This document shows positions 28,190 through 38,484 of a DNA stretch of 64,000 nt, one piece after another (positions within the stretch are counted from its first letter, which is position 1; every line of letters begins with the position of its first letter). The DNA is taken from assembly GCA_963758295.1 (NCBI GenBank), contig CAVWUU010000001.1, positions 128,001 to 192,000 of the forward strand, written 5' to 3'. The position numbers and the translations under genes are program-made. The notes under the pieces were generated by a model. It was not told the origin of the DNA. It ran no database searches and was given only the letters and a program-made list of their open reading frames with translations. The DNA is from Candidatus Eremiobacteria bacterium (GTDB taxonomy: Bacteria; Vulcanimicrobiota; Vulcanimicrobiia; Vulcanimicrobiales; Vulcanimicrobiaceae).

Positions 28190-31100
28190 ATGGGATCGGG
28201 AACACTTCGTATCTTTCTTTTTGGCGAACCGCGATTCGAATATGCGAACGAATCGTGGAAATTCAATGCGCCCCCGAAGACGTTACCTCTGCTCGCCTAT
28301 CTCTTGCTCCACCGCTCGGCACCGGTACAGCGCGAGCGGCTTGCAACGGCGTTGTGGGCCGATGAAGAGCCCGCCCGTTCTCAGGCAAACCTGCGGCGGC
28401 ACATTCACTATTTGAACAAGGCTTTGCCGGTGGGCGACGCGCCGTGGCTACTCACCAACCCAAAGAGCATCGGCTGGAATACCGCTGCTCCCTATTGGCT
28501 CGATGTCGACGCGTTCGAACTTGCAAGCAATGACGCCGCCGTTCGAGGCCGCGCGGTTCGCCTCTACGCCGGCGATTTATTCGAGCGGTGCGCCGAGGAA
28601 TGGATGGACTTCGACCGCGAGCGACTGCGCACGCTGCAGCTCTCCAACTTGAAACGGCTTTGCGTTGAAGCACGCGAGCGAAATGCCTATCTTGAAGCGC
28701 TGCAATATGCCCAGCTGATGCTTGTCGCCGATCCTTGGCGTGAGGATGCCGTTCGGGTCATCATGGAAATTCGGCTGCTGTTGCACGACCGGGCCGGCGC
28801 CATTGAAGAGTACGAATCGTTCGCGCAGCGGCTGCGCGACGAATTAAACACCCAGCCGCTTGAGGAGTCTACTCGGCTCTACAACGATATCTGTGAAGGG
28901 CGTGCGTCAATCGACTCGCACGGCGCGGCGCAGGAACGTGCTATGATCGGACGCCGCAATGAGAGTGCGACGCTGCTCGACGAATGGCAACGCGCAGCGC
29001 GCGGCGAGGGCCGCGTGTTGTTCGTTGGTGGAGAAGCGGGGATCGGCAAGAGCACCTTGCTGGAATCGTTATGCGAGCGCGTGGTACGGGAAGGCGCGAT
29101 CGTGTTAAAAGCCTTTGCGGCGGAGCAAGAGAATGCGCCGTACGCGAGTTTTGCTCAGCTAGTGCGCGAAGCGGCGGCTCAGACCGGCGAAGAGGCGATC
29201 GACGTGCGCGCGGGAGCCGCGCTGGCACACCTTGTCCCGGAGCTTTCTCCGCTGCCGGCAAAGGACGACGGTGCGAGCGAAGAAGGACGCCTGCAGTTGT
29301 TTAACGCCGTTGCGAATCTCACGCAAGCCGTTGCCGATCGTGCGCCTCTGTTGATTGCATTCGAAGATGCGCATCTTGCCGGCAATGCGACTCTCGAGCT
29401 TCTTTCCTACCTCGCGCTTCGCGTACTGGACCGGCGCGTCTTAATCGTGGTGACGTATCGGGAGTTCGAAGTTGGAAGAGTCCATCCGTTGCGAAAATTG
29501 CGCCGGCGTCTCTCATCAACGCGGAGATTGACGTCCGTCGCTCTAAGCGCTCTCGATCGCGATGATGCCGGTGCCCTTGTTCAAGCCAGAGTTCCGTATT
29601 TACTGGAAAGCAAGGTCGTCGACAGCCTGTATCGGCGCAGCGGCGGAAATCCGCTGTTCATGATCGAGATCGTTCGTGAAGCGGCTGAAGCCGGATTCGA
29701 TGCTATTCCGGAATCGGTTGCAGAGATCGTTCGCCGCCGGCTGGACCGGCTCGACACAATTCCCCGCGAAGTCTTAGCGCTGGCGTCGGTTGCGGGAACG
29801 TCGTGTTCGTTCGAATTGCTCGGCGCAGTTGCCGGTCTTCCGGAAGCGGAATTGACCGTGACGGTAGATCGCCTGGTGCAATCGCACTTCCTTCGTTTCA
29901 ATGCAATGACGAATGAAGTCGCGTTTGTGCACGGAGTCATTCATCAGGCAATTTACGACACGATCGAGGAGCGGCCCCGGCGAGCCGCACACGCCCGGCT
30001 GGCGATCGCGATGCGCGATTTATGGGGCGCCCAGGGAGCCGCTGCGTCAATAGCGCGGCACTTTGAATTGGGCGACATGCGGCAGGATGCCGGCGCCGCG
30101 CATGTCGTTGCAGCGGAGGCGGCGCTTCGCGTGTACGCGTTGGACGAATCCGAAGAGCACGCGCTTCGCGCCTGTGCAAACGAGCCCGACCGTGAGAGCC
30201 GATTTCGTGCCGTTCGCGTGCTCGAAACGATCAGCGGGGTACGGGCCGATGCGGCGCAACAGAAAACCTATGTTGACGCTTTGCTCGAACTCAGTACGCA
30301 TCTCCCGGCGACATACCGTGCGGAAGCGTTAATGCGTGCGGCGGACTTTTCCGCCGGCTATCGCGATGGACAGCACGAGGCCGCGCTCCGCGCCTTGGAA
30401 GCCTTTGTAACGGGCGAGCCGGCATTCGCCGCGGACTACCAGCTGCGATTTGGCGAGTATCTTTCACGTAGCGGTGAGCTTCGCGCATCGTTGGAACCGT
30501 TGCGGGCCGCGCTGGAATTCTATAGCAAGCACGGCAAGATCGAAGCGGCAATCCGTACCATCGCCGTGCTCTATGCGACGTCAATCTATTTGGGAGAACC
30601 GGTAGAGTTCTTCGAGCGCGAGCTGGAAAGCGTACGGGAGCGAGTTTCAAGCGCCGCCGACGCAAGGATTCGCGGTCGGCTCGCGCAATTGCGCAGCGGC
30701 GCATTATTGGATAAAGATCCCGGCGCGGCGTATGCCGCCGCCCTCGAAGTCCTTGCGTTTGCAGACGAGACCGACGATCTCGCCCTTTGCACGGCCGGAC
30801 ATCGTGCGGCCGCCGCCTCCTCGATCAGACAAATGGAGTTGGGAAAGGCCCTCCGTCACCTAAGGGAATGCGAAGAACTGGTGACAACGAACGGGCGCCC
30901 ACGCGATCTGGCTCACGTACGATCGTGGCAAGTTCTGTACGAAAACCGCTGCGGCGGGTTCGACCGCGCCATAGCGCTCGGCGAAGAAGGCATCGCGATT
31001 GCGGACCGCGCGCGAGCGCTTGAATTGCGGACGATCATTGAGAGCAATATCGCAATAAGCCTGAAATGGTCGCACCGGCTAGATCGCGCCGAGGCAGCGA

Positions 31101-31630
31101 TCTCCAGCGCGATTTACGCGAACGAAACACTCTCGCGGCGCAGTTCTTCCATGCTGAGCGTGTTGGCGGAAATTCGCATCGCTAAAGGGTTTCTCGACGA
31201 AGGAATCGCGTTGCTGGAAGAGTCCGTTCGCATTCGATTGCCCCAAAGCGATGCGCTGGGCGTTGCCTCCGTGCACGAGCCGCTCGTGCTCGGTCTTGCG
31301 TACGTCGCGGCCGGCCGCACGAAAGACGCGAAGCGATGTGCCGGCCGGATTCTTAGCGCAATGGACCGGTACGAGGCCTATTACTTTCATCCGCAAGCTT
31401 ATCTATGGGCTGCAAGCCGGTTCCTTAGCTTCTTCGGATATGCCGAAGCGGAAGAGTTCCGTGCCGCCGCCAGGCGCCGTTATAGCGCCATTCTTGCCGG
31501 GATCGACGATGCAGATGCGCAACGGTCGTTCCGCGACTTCGTCTTCAACAGGCTTATCGTTGAGGACGTCCGCGTCGAAGATCCGCATTGCGTGTGGTTC
31601 TCTCCCGGTGATTTGCGGAGCCCTGCATAA
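28190..31630 (+). CDS. Large SARP-type regulator: wHTH + BTAD + AAA(16) NTPase + TPR-like region
   Basis: LLAYLLL...RERLATALW...NLRRHI; LYAGDL; DPWREDA; GEAGIGKSTL; FEDAH; SGGNPLF. Confidence 0.9.
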   Translation: MGSGTLRIFLFGEPRFEYANESWKFNAPPKTLPLLAYLLLHRSAPVQRERLATALWADEEPARSQANLRRHIHYLNKALPVGDAPWLLTNPKSIGWNTAAPYWLDVDAFELASNDAAVRGRAVRLYAGDLFERCAEEWMDFDRERLRTLQLSNLKRLCVEARERNAYLEALQYAQLMLVADPWREDAVRVIMEIRLLLHDRAGAIEEYESFAQRLRDELNTQPLEESTRLYNDICEGRASIDSHGAAQERAMIGRRNESATLLDEWQRAARGEGRVLFVGGEAGIGKSTLLESLCERVVREGAIVLKAFAAEQENAPYASFAQLVREAAAQTGEEAIDVRAGAALAHLVPELSPLPAKDDGASEEGRLQLFNAVANLTQAVADRAPLLIAFEDAHLAGNATLELLSYLALRVLDRRVLIVVTYREFEVGRVHPLRKLRRRLSSTRRLTSVALSALDRDDAGALVQARVPYLLESKVVDSLYRRSGGNPLFMIEIVREAAEAGFDAIPESVAEIVRRRLDRLDTIPREVLALASVAGTSCSFELLGAVAGLPEAELTVTVDRLVQSHFLRFNAMTNEVAFVHGVIHQAIYDTIEERPRRAAHARLAIAMRDLWGAQGAAASIARHFELGDMRQDAGAAHVVAAEAALRVYALDESEEHALRACANEPDRESRFRAVRVLETISGVRADAAQQKTYVDALLELSTHLPATYRAEALMRAADFSAGYRDGQHEAALRALEAFVTGEPAFAADYQLRFGEYLSRSGELRASLEPLRAALEFYSKHGKIEAAIRTIAVLYATSIYLGEPVEFFERELESVRERVSSAADARIRGRLAQLRSGALLDKDPGAAYAAALEVLAFADETDDLALCTAGHRAAAASSIRQMELGKALRHLRECEELVTTNGRPRDLAHVRSWQVLYENRCGGFDRAIALGEEGIAIADRARALELRTIIESNIAISLKWSHRLDRAEAAISSAIYANETLSRRSSSMLSVLAEIRIAKGFLDEGIALLEESVRIRLPQSDALGVASVHEPLVLGLAYVAAGRTKDAKRCAGRILSAMDRYEAYYFHPQAYLWAASRFLSFFGYAEAEEFRAAARRRYSAILAGIDDADAQRSFRDFVFNRLIVEDVRVEDPHCVWFSPGDLRSPA

Positions 31631-32003
31631 AAACGACCTTCCACCTTCGCCGTTGAAGCGCAGCGGCGAATAGCAGATACCCCGTATGGACTGGAAGGGC
31701 GCCCGGTTCTTGCAATGCGTGCCCGCGCATGCTCCACACGGCATTCACGATCGCGCACGACCGGTTGATAAAACGAATCGCAGCAACGGTGATGCGAAGG
31801 TCGCTTTTTGCGAGGGTAGTTGCGAACGTTTCCCGGTAAAAAGCAGCAATTGCATCGCGTCCTTGAAGCGTCACACCGCTGACGTCGATCACCTCGGCGT
31901 CAGCGGTGTAGAGCTCGCACAGGGCTTCGGCATCGTGCATATTCCACGCTCGCTCGAAGAACGTCGTGAGTTCTTCCACTCGAGCGCGAAGCGCGCCGGT
32001 CAT
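31554..32003 (-). CDS. NTF2-like SnoaL/SgcJ-EcaC family protein
   Basis: AWNMHDAEALCELYTADA...GRDAIAAFY...WKVV; ATGA-coupled to the cupredoxin gene. Confidence 0.82.
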   Translation of the reverse strand: MTGALRARVEELTTFFERAWNMHDAEALCELYTADAEVIDVSGVTLQGRDAIAAFYRETFATTLAKSDLRITVAAIRFINRSCAIVNAVWSMRGHALQEPGALPVHTGYLLFAAALQRRRWKVVFMQGSANHRERTTRNADLRRGRPQR

Positions 32004-32959
32004 TGAACCGTAACCGATCCCATCATGCCCTCGGCGCCATCATGGAAGAGGCAGTCGTATGCATACGTTCCGGCTTTCGTGAACGTCAAGCTGAAGCTCC
32101 GCCCGGGCATCATCGGTCCGGAGTTCACCATCGTCGAACCGTCGTAACTGGTCGGTCCCGACGGCGGAGAGAACGGACTCATCGGCGGCAACTGTTGTCC
32201 AGCGACGGGGAACGTCACGGTGTGCGGGAGATTGCTGTCCAAGTTCGTCCAGGTAACCGTCGTTCCGACCGCCACTTTCACGTCGGTGTCGTCGAGGGAG
32301 GGTCCGGTGAGGAAACGCACGACGCTGGATGGTCCAAGCGGCGGTAAGCCGAGGCCGCTCGAGATGCCGGCCGCAATATGCGGCCCACCGGCGGTGTACG
32401 GGAAGAGCCCTACGGCGCTAGTCGCGTTCGCAAGGTCCGCTTGCAGATTGGACTGTCCGGTAGCATCCAGCTGCGCTTGGGACTGCGGATAAGCAGTTCC
32501 GGCAGGCTGAACGACAACCGTTCCCACCATTTCACCGTGGATGAGGCAGTAATACGTGTACGTCCCCGCCTTGGTGAACGTCAGGGTGTAGGTCTTGCCG
32601 CCGGCGGCGAAGCCGGAGTTCGTATAAACCGTGCCGTCGTAACTGCTGCCGCCCGCGGGCTGCTGGTTCGACGGGTCGGACGGCGGCGGCGGTGACGCTT
32701 GCGGGCCGAGAAAAGTGACCGTGTGCGGTTCGGCAGCCGGAAATTTCCACGTGACGGAATCGCCCGCGTCGATCGTGATGGACTTTGGATAGTATTCGAG
32801 CCCCTGGAGCGCTTCGGTTTGGGTCGATCCGCCGGCTTGCACGTACCACATTTGCGCGGCGGGTTTGGAGCTGGGGGTAGGCGTTGGCGATACGGTACCG
32901 CCGCCGCAGCCCGAAAGGGCCAGGCCGGCGACGGACGCGAGAATTAGCAGACGTTTCAT
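32000..32959 (-). CDS. Lipoprotein with two plastocyanin-like cupredoxin domains
   Basis: LALSG-C lipobox; two HTVTF...C-x2-H-x(n)-M sets (YCLIHGEM; DCLFHDGAEGM). Confidence 0.9.
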   Translation of the reverse strand: MKRLLILASVAGLALSGCGGGTVSPTPTPSSKPAAQMWYVQAGGSTQTEALQGLEYYPKSITIDAGDSVTWKFPAAEPHTVTFLGPQASPPPPSDPSNQQPAGGSSYDGTVYTNSGFAAGGKTYTLTFTKAGTYTYYCLIHGEMVGTVVVQPAGTAYPQSQAQLDATGQSNLQADLANATSAVGLFPYTAGGPHIAAGISSGLGLPPLGPSSVVRFLTGPSLDDTDVKVAVGTTVTWTNLDSNLPHTVTFPVAGQQLPPMSPFSPPSGPTSYDGSTMVNSGPMMPGRSFSLTFTKAGTYAYDCLFHDGAEGMMGSVTVQ

Positions 32960-32965
32960 GAGCTC

Positions 32966-32998
32966 ATCGTGGCTCGTGAAGCGTCTAATTTGCGTCTA
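32966..32998 (-). promoter_or_regulatory. SARP-type heptamer direct repeat and -10 element
   Basis: Minus strand TAGACGC-N4-TAGACGC (11-bp period), 9 nt, CACGAT, 6 nt, ATG. Confidence 0.6.
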
Positions 32999-33355
32999 GA
33001 GCGAGACGGCCAGCTCGATCATTTCGAAGGGGAGCAAATCGGCGTTTTCGCGCACGAGCGAGCGCAAGCGCCGGCGTGGCAGCTCGGCGGCGATAGAAAC
33101 GCCCAGGTTGTCGGCCGCGTCGAGCGCATCGGCAAGCGCGGCCACGAGCAATCCCCAAGTGCCGCCGGTGAGGGCAGCGCAGTACGCGGCGCACAGCGTG
33201 CCGATGGCGCGCTCGGCGGCCTGCGGTGCCATTGCCGTATGTTGGAAGAGCGTGCGAACGTCAGCGATGAATCGTTGCAACGCCGCCAAGCGATCTGCAT
33301 CGAGGCCCGCACTTCGCGCGGTGATCTCGCCCCACACCGATGAATTCTTCTCCAT
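32996..33355 (-). CDS. Hypothetical helical protein
   Basis: 119-aa Ala/Leu-rich ORF filling the gap; no motif recognised. Confidence 0.5.
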   Translation of the reverse strand: MEKNSSVWGEITARSAGLDADRLAALQRFIADVRTLFQHTAMAPQAAERAIGTLCAAYCAALTGGTWGLLVAALADALDAADNLGVSIAAELPRRRLRSLVRENADLLPFEMIELAVSL

Positions 33356-33410
33356 ACACAAGTTCTACCAAGCGATACCTGACAGGTAGTGTCAGGATTG
33401 GCAATCCTCC

Positions 33411-33449
33411 AAAAAGAAAAGCAGCGCCGCTCGTTTGGAGCGACGCTGC
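33411..33449 (-). terminator. Intrinsic terminator after the aminotransferase
   Basis: GCAGCG.CGCTC-gtttg-GAGCG.CGCTGC hairpin with a T-tract on the minus strand. Confidence 0.65.
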
Positions 33450-33473
33450 CGTTCAAACTGTGACTTCTTGAGA

Positions 33474-34670
33474 CTAGCCCTTGAACTTCGGCAGCGCTTT
33501 CCCGATTTGTTCCAGTGCGTAATCGATGTCCGCCAGCGATGCCGCGTACGAGAAGCGCAGATACCCTTTACCGGCCGGGCCGAAGGACGAGCCGCCGCCG
33601 CACGCGACACCGGCCTCTTCCAGCAGGAAGCTCGCGAGGGCCTTATCGTCGTGCGTGATCTCCATCACGTTGGGGAACGCGTAGAACGCACCCTCCGGAA
33701 GCGTACATTTCATACCGGGGATGTTGTTCAAACCGGCAACGAGGCGGTCGCGGCGCTGGCGAAAGATTTCGTTCATCTCGCGCACGGGTTTATCGTCACC
33801 CGTGAGCGCGGCGATGCCTGCTTTCTGGACGAACGTGGCAACGCAGCTAAACGTGTTGTTGTTGAAGAGCGTCACGATCTTGTTCAGCTCTTCGGGCATG
33901 ATCGCGTAGCCGAGGCGCCAGCCCGTCATCGCATACGCCTTCGAGAAGCCGTCGACAATGATCGTGCGGTCTTGCATTCCGGGCAGCGACGCAATCGAAA
34001 CGAACTCGGTGTCCAGGTAGAAGTTGCGGCTGTAGATTTCGTCTGCGATTACGAGGAAGTCGTGCTTTTGCGCGAGTTCCGCGATGCGCTCGAGATCTGA
34101 GCGAAGGAGCACGCCGCCTGTGGGATTGTGCGGCGAGTTGATGACGACCGCTTTGGTACGATCCGATACGCGGCCGGCCAATTCGTCGAGATCCATGCGC
34201 CAGTTGCGCTCTTCACGCAACGGGATGCGGATCACGTTCGCCTGCAAGTAGCTCGAGGCCGAACCGTAGGCGGGATACGCGGGATCGAAGTAGATGAAGT
34301 CGTCGCCCGGATTGAGGAGCGCGCTCAAGATGTTCCAGATCACCGGCTTCGCGCCCGGCGCGACGGTGACGTTGGCAGCCGTGTACGGCTTACGCATCTT
34401 GCGGAACGACGTAGCGTAATCAGCGATTACCTCGCGCAGCTCGATGATGCCGGCCGATGGCGTGTAATGCGTGTCGTGGCCCATGAGCGAGTCGATTGCC
34501 GCTCTCTTGATATGCTCGGGCGTATCGAAATCGGGTTCGCCGATCTCCATATGCACGACGCGACGTCCCGTCGCCTCGATTTCGCGTGCACGCGCAAGGA
34601 CTTGAAATGCGTTCTCTGCACCTAATCGCGACACGGCGTCGGCGATGCGATTGTCGTGGACTGCGAGCAT
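33474..34670 (-). CDS. PLP-dependent class I/II (aspartate-like) aminotransferase
   Basis: IGEPDFDTP, NSPHNPTG, DEIY, GFSKAYAMTGWRLGY, PEGAFY, YLRFSYA. Confidence 0.95.
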   Translation of the reverse strand: MLAVHDNRIADAVSRLGAENAFQVLARAREIEATGRRVVHMEIGEPDFDTPEHIKRAAIDSLMGHDTHYTPSAGIIELREVIADYATSFRKMRKPYTAANVTVAPGAKPVIWNILSALLNPGDDFIYFDPAYPAYGSASSYLQANVIRIPLREERNWRMDLDELAGRVSDRTKAVVINSPHNPTGGVLLRSDLERIAELAQKHDFLVIADEIYSRNFYLDTEFVSIASLPGMQDRTIIVDGFSKAYAMTGWRLGYAIMPEELNKIVTLFNNNTFSCVATFVQKAGIAALTGDDKPVREMNEIFRQRRDRLVAGLNNIPGMKCTLPEGAFYAFPNVMEITHDDKALASFLLEEAGVACGGGSSFGPAGKGYLRFSYAASLADIDYALEQIGKALPKFKG

Positions 34671-34759
34671 CTAGGGCTTCCTCTTCTTTATCGTTTACTT
34701 GATGACTTAACGGAGTTTGCTTATCAAGGGGGCGCCTCATCAGCGGCGAACTCGGCGGC

Positions 34760-37700
34760 ATGCGTACCCTGTCGGAAGTTTTCGCACCAGGATCACCGAC
34801 GCTGCCGGAGGGCCTCCGAACGCTCGTCGTTTCGCCCGACCGAGAGTTGGAACCTGGAATGACGGTGCGCGCATCATTCACGTTTCGCAATCAAGGCGGC
34901 GCTCCGGCATCCGGCGTGCGCGTGCGTTTCAACATACCCGATGGGCTCGTCTACCTCGTTGGGACGGGCCAGCTTGACGGCGCCGATCTCGACGACGAAC
35001 AGGGTAATTCGCCGTTGCTGGCTCGCGGCGGCGCGCAGATCGGCGACGTGGCGCCCGGCGAAGAACGTCGCATCGAAATCTCCTACAGCGTAGCGGGAGC
35101 AATCGAGAACGGCACAACGATCGAGCTGCAGGCGGCAGTCGCCTCGTTCGAACTTCCACCCGTCGGTTCGAATATCGTCCGCTTGATCGCCCGGAGCCGC
35201 CCGCAGTTGCAAAATGCCATCACTGGAATTGCGATTGAGGGCCGTCAGAACGCGGCGCCCGGCGCGGAAGCGCAGATCACTTTGCGTTTGCATAACGCCG
35301 GCGAATCGAGCGCCCACGACGTGGTCGTGGTGGCACCGATTCCCGAACACACGCGGTACGTTCTAAACTCGGCGCGTGTAAACGGCCGTGAGATCGAACG
35401 CGATCTCGGCGTCCCGTTCGACCGCGTATATGCACCGGTCGTCGCGCAAACGCTTGCGGCCAGCGCAAGCGCAACGTTGGTCTATCGGGTGCGGATCGAC
35501 AACCCGCTGCGAAACGGCACGCCGATCGTGGCACATGCGCAGATCGCTTCGCAAGAAACGCCCGCTTTCGCGCTCGAGGCCGCGTCGCTGAACGTCGAAT
35601 CAGCGCCCGACTTGAGCGACGAGCGCACGACCTTCACCATCGAGCCGTCGCACGACGTGCGTCCCGGAAGCCGCGTGTCGATGGTGTTTTCCGCGTATAA
35701 CGCCGGCTCGGCCGCCGCGGAAAACGTCACGGTGACCCTTGAGCTGCCCGATGCCCTAACGCCGGTGCGCGGTTCGGTGCAAGTCGATGGACGCCCGGTT
35801 CGCGAACGCAAAAAAGACCAGCTTTCCCTTGATTTGGGCCGTCTCGACGCAGACGAACGCGTTGAGCTGCGTTGCGAAGCGACGGTCGTTTCTCCGCTGG
35901 CCGATGCATCAGCATTGCCCGTATCGGCATTGCTTGTGTGGCAGCCGTCGGAAAATGACTCGCAGCGGCGCTTCGACCGCAGCATCGCTGTGCGCTCGGA
36001 ACCGGCGCTGCCCGTTCGCCGAAATACCATTTCACGCGCGCACGGCGAGATCGTGAAGCCGGGCGAAGAAGTGGAAGCGGCAATCGTCCTTTCGAACGAC
36101 GGCAGTGCCGCTGCTACGGACGTCGTCTTACACTTGCGTCCCGATCCCGGGCTCGAAGACGTGCGGCTTTTCGAGAAGAACGCTCGCATCACGCTCGATG
36201 CGGACGCCGCAGAAATCGGCTCGCTCGAGCCGTACTCGCAGCGGCGTTTCACGATGCGCGCCCGCGTGCGCGTTCCGTATGCCGATCGCAGCGAACTGCG
36301 GACCGGAGCGAGCGTGCACAGCCGCGAGCTGGGCGAGACGCCGCTGGGCGAAACGACATGGCGTGTGGATTCGCATCCGGCGTTTTCGACGCAGAGTTCG
36401 CACGTGCAGCTCGAAAGCGAAGAAGTGCTGCGACCGAATCAACTCGCCGACGTTGCCGTTCGCGTGGTGAATGCCGGCAGCGACGTCGCACACAACGTAC
36501 GCGTCCGTTTGTACGTATCCCCCGAAGCGCGCTTGGAAACGGTCGACGGTGCCACGCGAGAAAAATCGAAGCTCGTGTTCGGTGAGATCGCGCCCGGCGC
36601 GCGCGCCGAAGCGCGTCTGGGAGTGCGCCTTTTGCGCAGTCTTGCAAAAGAGTACCCGGTAACGATCGATGCCGTTCTAACGGCCGACGCGATGCTTCCG
36701 GTTCCGCTCGAACGTCTCACGATCGTGACGACTGCCGAGCCGGACTTCTCCGTTGGTACGTTGCGGAGCGAACCGGTCGAGGTCGCCGACGCCGGTGAAA
36801 CGATCGAGTGGACGTTGCACGTGCGCAACGGGGGCGACGGACCGGCGCGCCGCGTGCAGATCGCCGTTGCGCAGCCGGAATCGCTCATTTACGTGCCCAA
36901 CTCTACGACCGTTAACGACGTCCCCATTCGCGACACCGGCGCGTTGACGCCGCTCGCGAGCGACCGCGGAATCGTTTTGAACGACGTCGATCCCAGCGTT
37001 GAGGCGACCATTCGGTGGCGCGACGTGATTCACAACGGCCTTGGTGCCGGCGAAGCGATCTCCCGCACCGCGCGCGTCTCGTACGACGGCGATCGCGAAG
37101 ACGCACTCGTTTCAAATGAATTAAAAGTTCGCGCGACGCCCGTTTTCGCCAACGCGATTCCGGGTTTACCGTTCGGGCTCGACGGCATGATCGGCCCGTC
37201 GCTTGGCGGACAACGCGCATTGACCGAAGACCGGTTTTTGGAATTGCCGCCCGCGACGCCGGTGAACGGCGAAGGTGCAGTCCATCGCGAGTGGTTGCAG
37301 CAGCAAGATTTGCCGGTGCTCGAATCGGCGAGTAATGGCCGGCACGATACCGTTTCGCTTCACGACGAAGCGATTGTTGAAGGCGCGCTCGTCCACGAAG
37401 GAGCGGGCGTTGCGATTTCCTTCACGAGCGAGCGGCTCACGCGCACGTTGCGGTACTTGGAGGAAGCGCGCTTTAACGGGTTGATCACGCATCTCTTTGC
37501 GATCCGGGCATTCTTTCCGGAGACGCTCGGCGACACGCATGCGGGGTCGGTTACCGCGATCCGCGAAATGCTGCGCGACGAGTTCGACCGGCTCTTCATT
37601 AAACTGCGCTTGCCGAACTACGTCATCGCCGCTCGCGATATTGAAACGCCGTCGCTGCGAGCGACCGTGGAACGCTTCGTTCACGACGCTTCAACGGCGC

Positions 37701-38017
37701 GCGGGATCCCTGCGGATGTTCCGGGCGCCGCGGTGATCTTGCGCGGCACACTCGATGCCGGCGGGTTTGGCGAAATAGCCGATACGCTTTCCGAGGCGGA
37801 GCTAGCGTCGGCGCTGCCGTGGACGCTGCTCGCCCGTGCCTTGCCCGATGCGACGCCGCAGCTGGCGCATTATCGGAAGATGCTCGTCGATCGATTGGAC
37901 GGCCTCGTGGATGCGGAGTCCGCTGAGTTCGTGGATTCGCTGCAGCGCCGGCGCGATACCGCGCTCGACGCGGCGTTGGACGTCCTTCGCACGTCGCTCT
38001 ATGCAAACGCCAGGTAA
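34760..38017 (+). CDS. Six-DUF11 (Ig-like conserved repeat) protein with a helical C-terminal domain, paralog A
   Basis: Six PG-x-V-x...N-x-G...A-x-x-V repeats; YVPNSTTVN-type strands; no signal peptide. Confidence 0.8.
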   Translation: MRTLSEVFAPGSPTLPEGLRTLVVSPDRELEPGMTVRASFTFRNQGGAPASGVRVRFNIPDGLVYLVGTGQLDGADLDDEQGNSPLLARGGAQIGDVAPGEERRIEISYSVAGAIENGTTIELQAAVASFELPPVGSNIVRLIARSRPQLQNAITGIAIEGRQNAAPGAEAQITLRLHNAGESSAHDVVVVAPIPEHTRYVLNSARVNGREIERDLGVPFDRVYAPVVAQTLAASASATLVYRVRIDNPLRNGTPIVAHAQIASQETPAFALEAASLNVESAPDLSDERTTFTIEPSHDVRPGSRVSMVFSAYNAGSAAAENVTVTLELPDALTPVRGSVQVDGRPVRERKKDQLSLDLGRLDADERVELRCEATVVSPLADASALPVSALLVWQPSENDSQRRFDRSIAVRSEPALPVRRNTISRAHGEIVKPGEEVEAAIVLSNDGSAAATDVVLHLRPDPGLEDVRLFEKNARITLDADAAEIGSLEPYSQRRFTMRARVRVPYADRSELRTGASVHSRELGETPLGETTWRVDSHPAFSTQSSHVQLESEEVLRPNQLADVAVRVVNAGSDVAHNVRVRLYVSPEARLETVDGATREKSKLVFGEIAPGARAEARLGVRLLRSLAKEYPVTIDAVLTADAMLPVPLERLTIVTTAEPDFSVGTLRSEPVEVADAGETIEWTLHVRNGGDGPARRVQIAVAQPESLIYVPNSTTVNDVPIRDTGALTPLASDRGIVLNDVDPSVEATIRWRDVIHNGLGAGEAISRTARVSYDGDREDALVSNELKVRATPVFANAIPGLPFGLDGMIGPSLGGQRALTEDRFLELPPATPVNGEGAVHREWLQQQDLPVLESASNGRHDTVSLHDEAIVEGALVHEGAGVAISFTSERLTRTLRYLEEARFNGLITHLFAIRAFFPETLGDTHAGSVTAIREMLRDEFDRLFIKLRLPNYVIAARDIETPSLRATVERFVHDASTARGIPADVPGAAVILRGTLDAGGFGEIADTLSEAELASALPWTLLARALPDATPQLAHYRKMLVDRLDGLVDAESAEFVDSLQRRRDTALDAALDVLRTSLYANAR

Positions 38018-38023
38018 CGCCTC

Positions 38024-38431
38024 TTGAACACAATCGTTATCATCCTGGTCGTGATCTTGCTCGCCGGTATCGCGGTAGGCGCGTATGCGTTCTTAGCGCC
38101 GCGCCGTGCCGAGCGCGACGACGAAGGCGCCAAAGGGACGCGCGAGCCCGCGCAGGCGGCGACCGGCTGGAGCGGTGAGACGGAAAACGAATTTGCGGGC
38201 CTATCGGAAGCCGCGCGTTGCGATCTCGTGTTCGCCGTTGCGACCTTGGAAGACGAACGTTCGCAGCAACTGCTCGTGCACGCGCTCGACGATCCCGCCG
38301 AAGCCGTCGCCCTTGCCGCGGCCCACGCGCTCGTTTCAAGCGGCCGCAGCAGCATCGTTGAATCGTTTCTCGCGCGTTCGCCCGGGCCTCGCGCCGAGCG
38401 CATCAGCGATACACTCGCGCTTCTTGACTGA
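38024..38431 (+). CDS. Single-TM protein with HEAT-like repeat
   Basis: N-terminal TM helix; LLVHALDDPAEAVALAAAHAL. Confidence 0.75.
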   Translation: MNTIVIILVVILLAGIAVGAYAFLAPRRAERDDEGAKGTREPAQAATGWSGETENEFAGLSEAARCDLVFAVATLEDERSQQLLVHALDDPAEAVALAAAHALVSSGRSSIVESFLARSPGPRAERISDTLALLD

Positions 38432-38484
38432 TTACAAACAGCGGGTCCCTAGGTTGCGCCTGGTCGGAGAGGGAAAGTAGCGGC

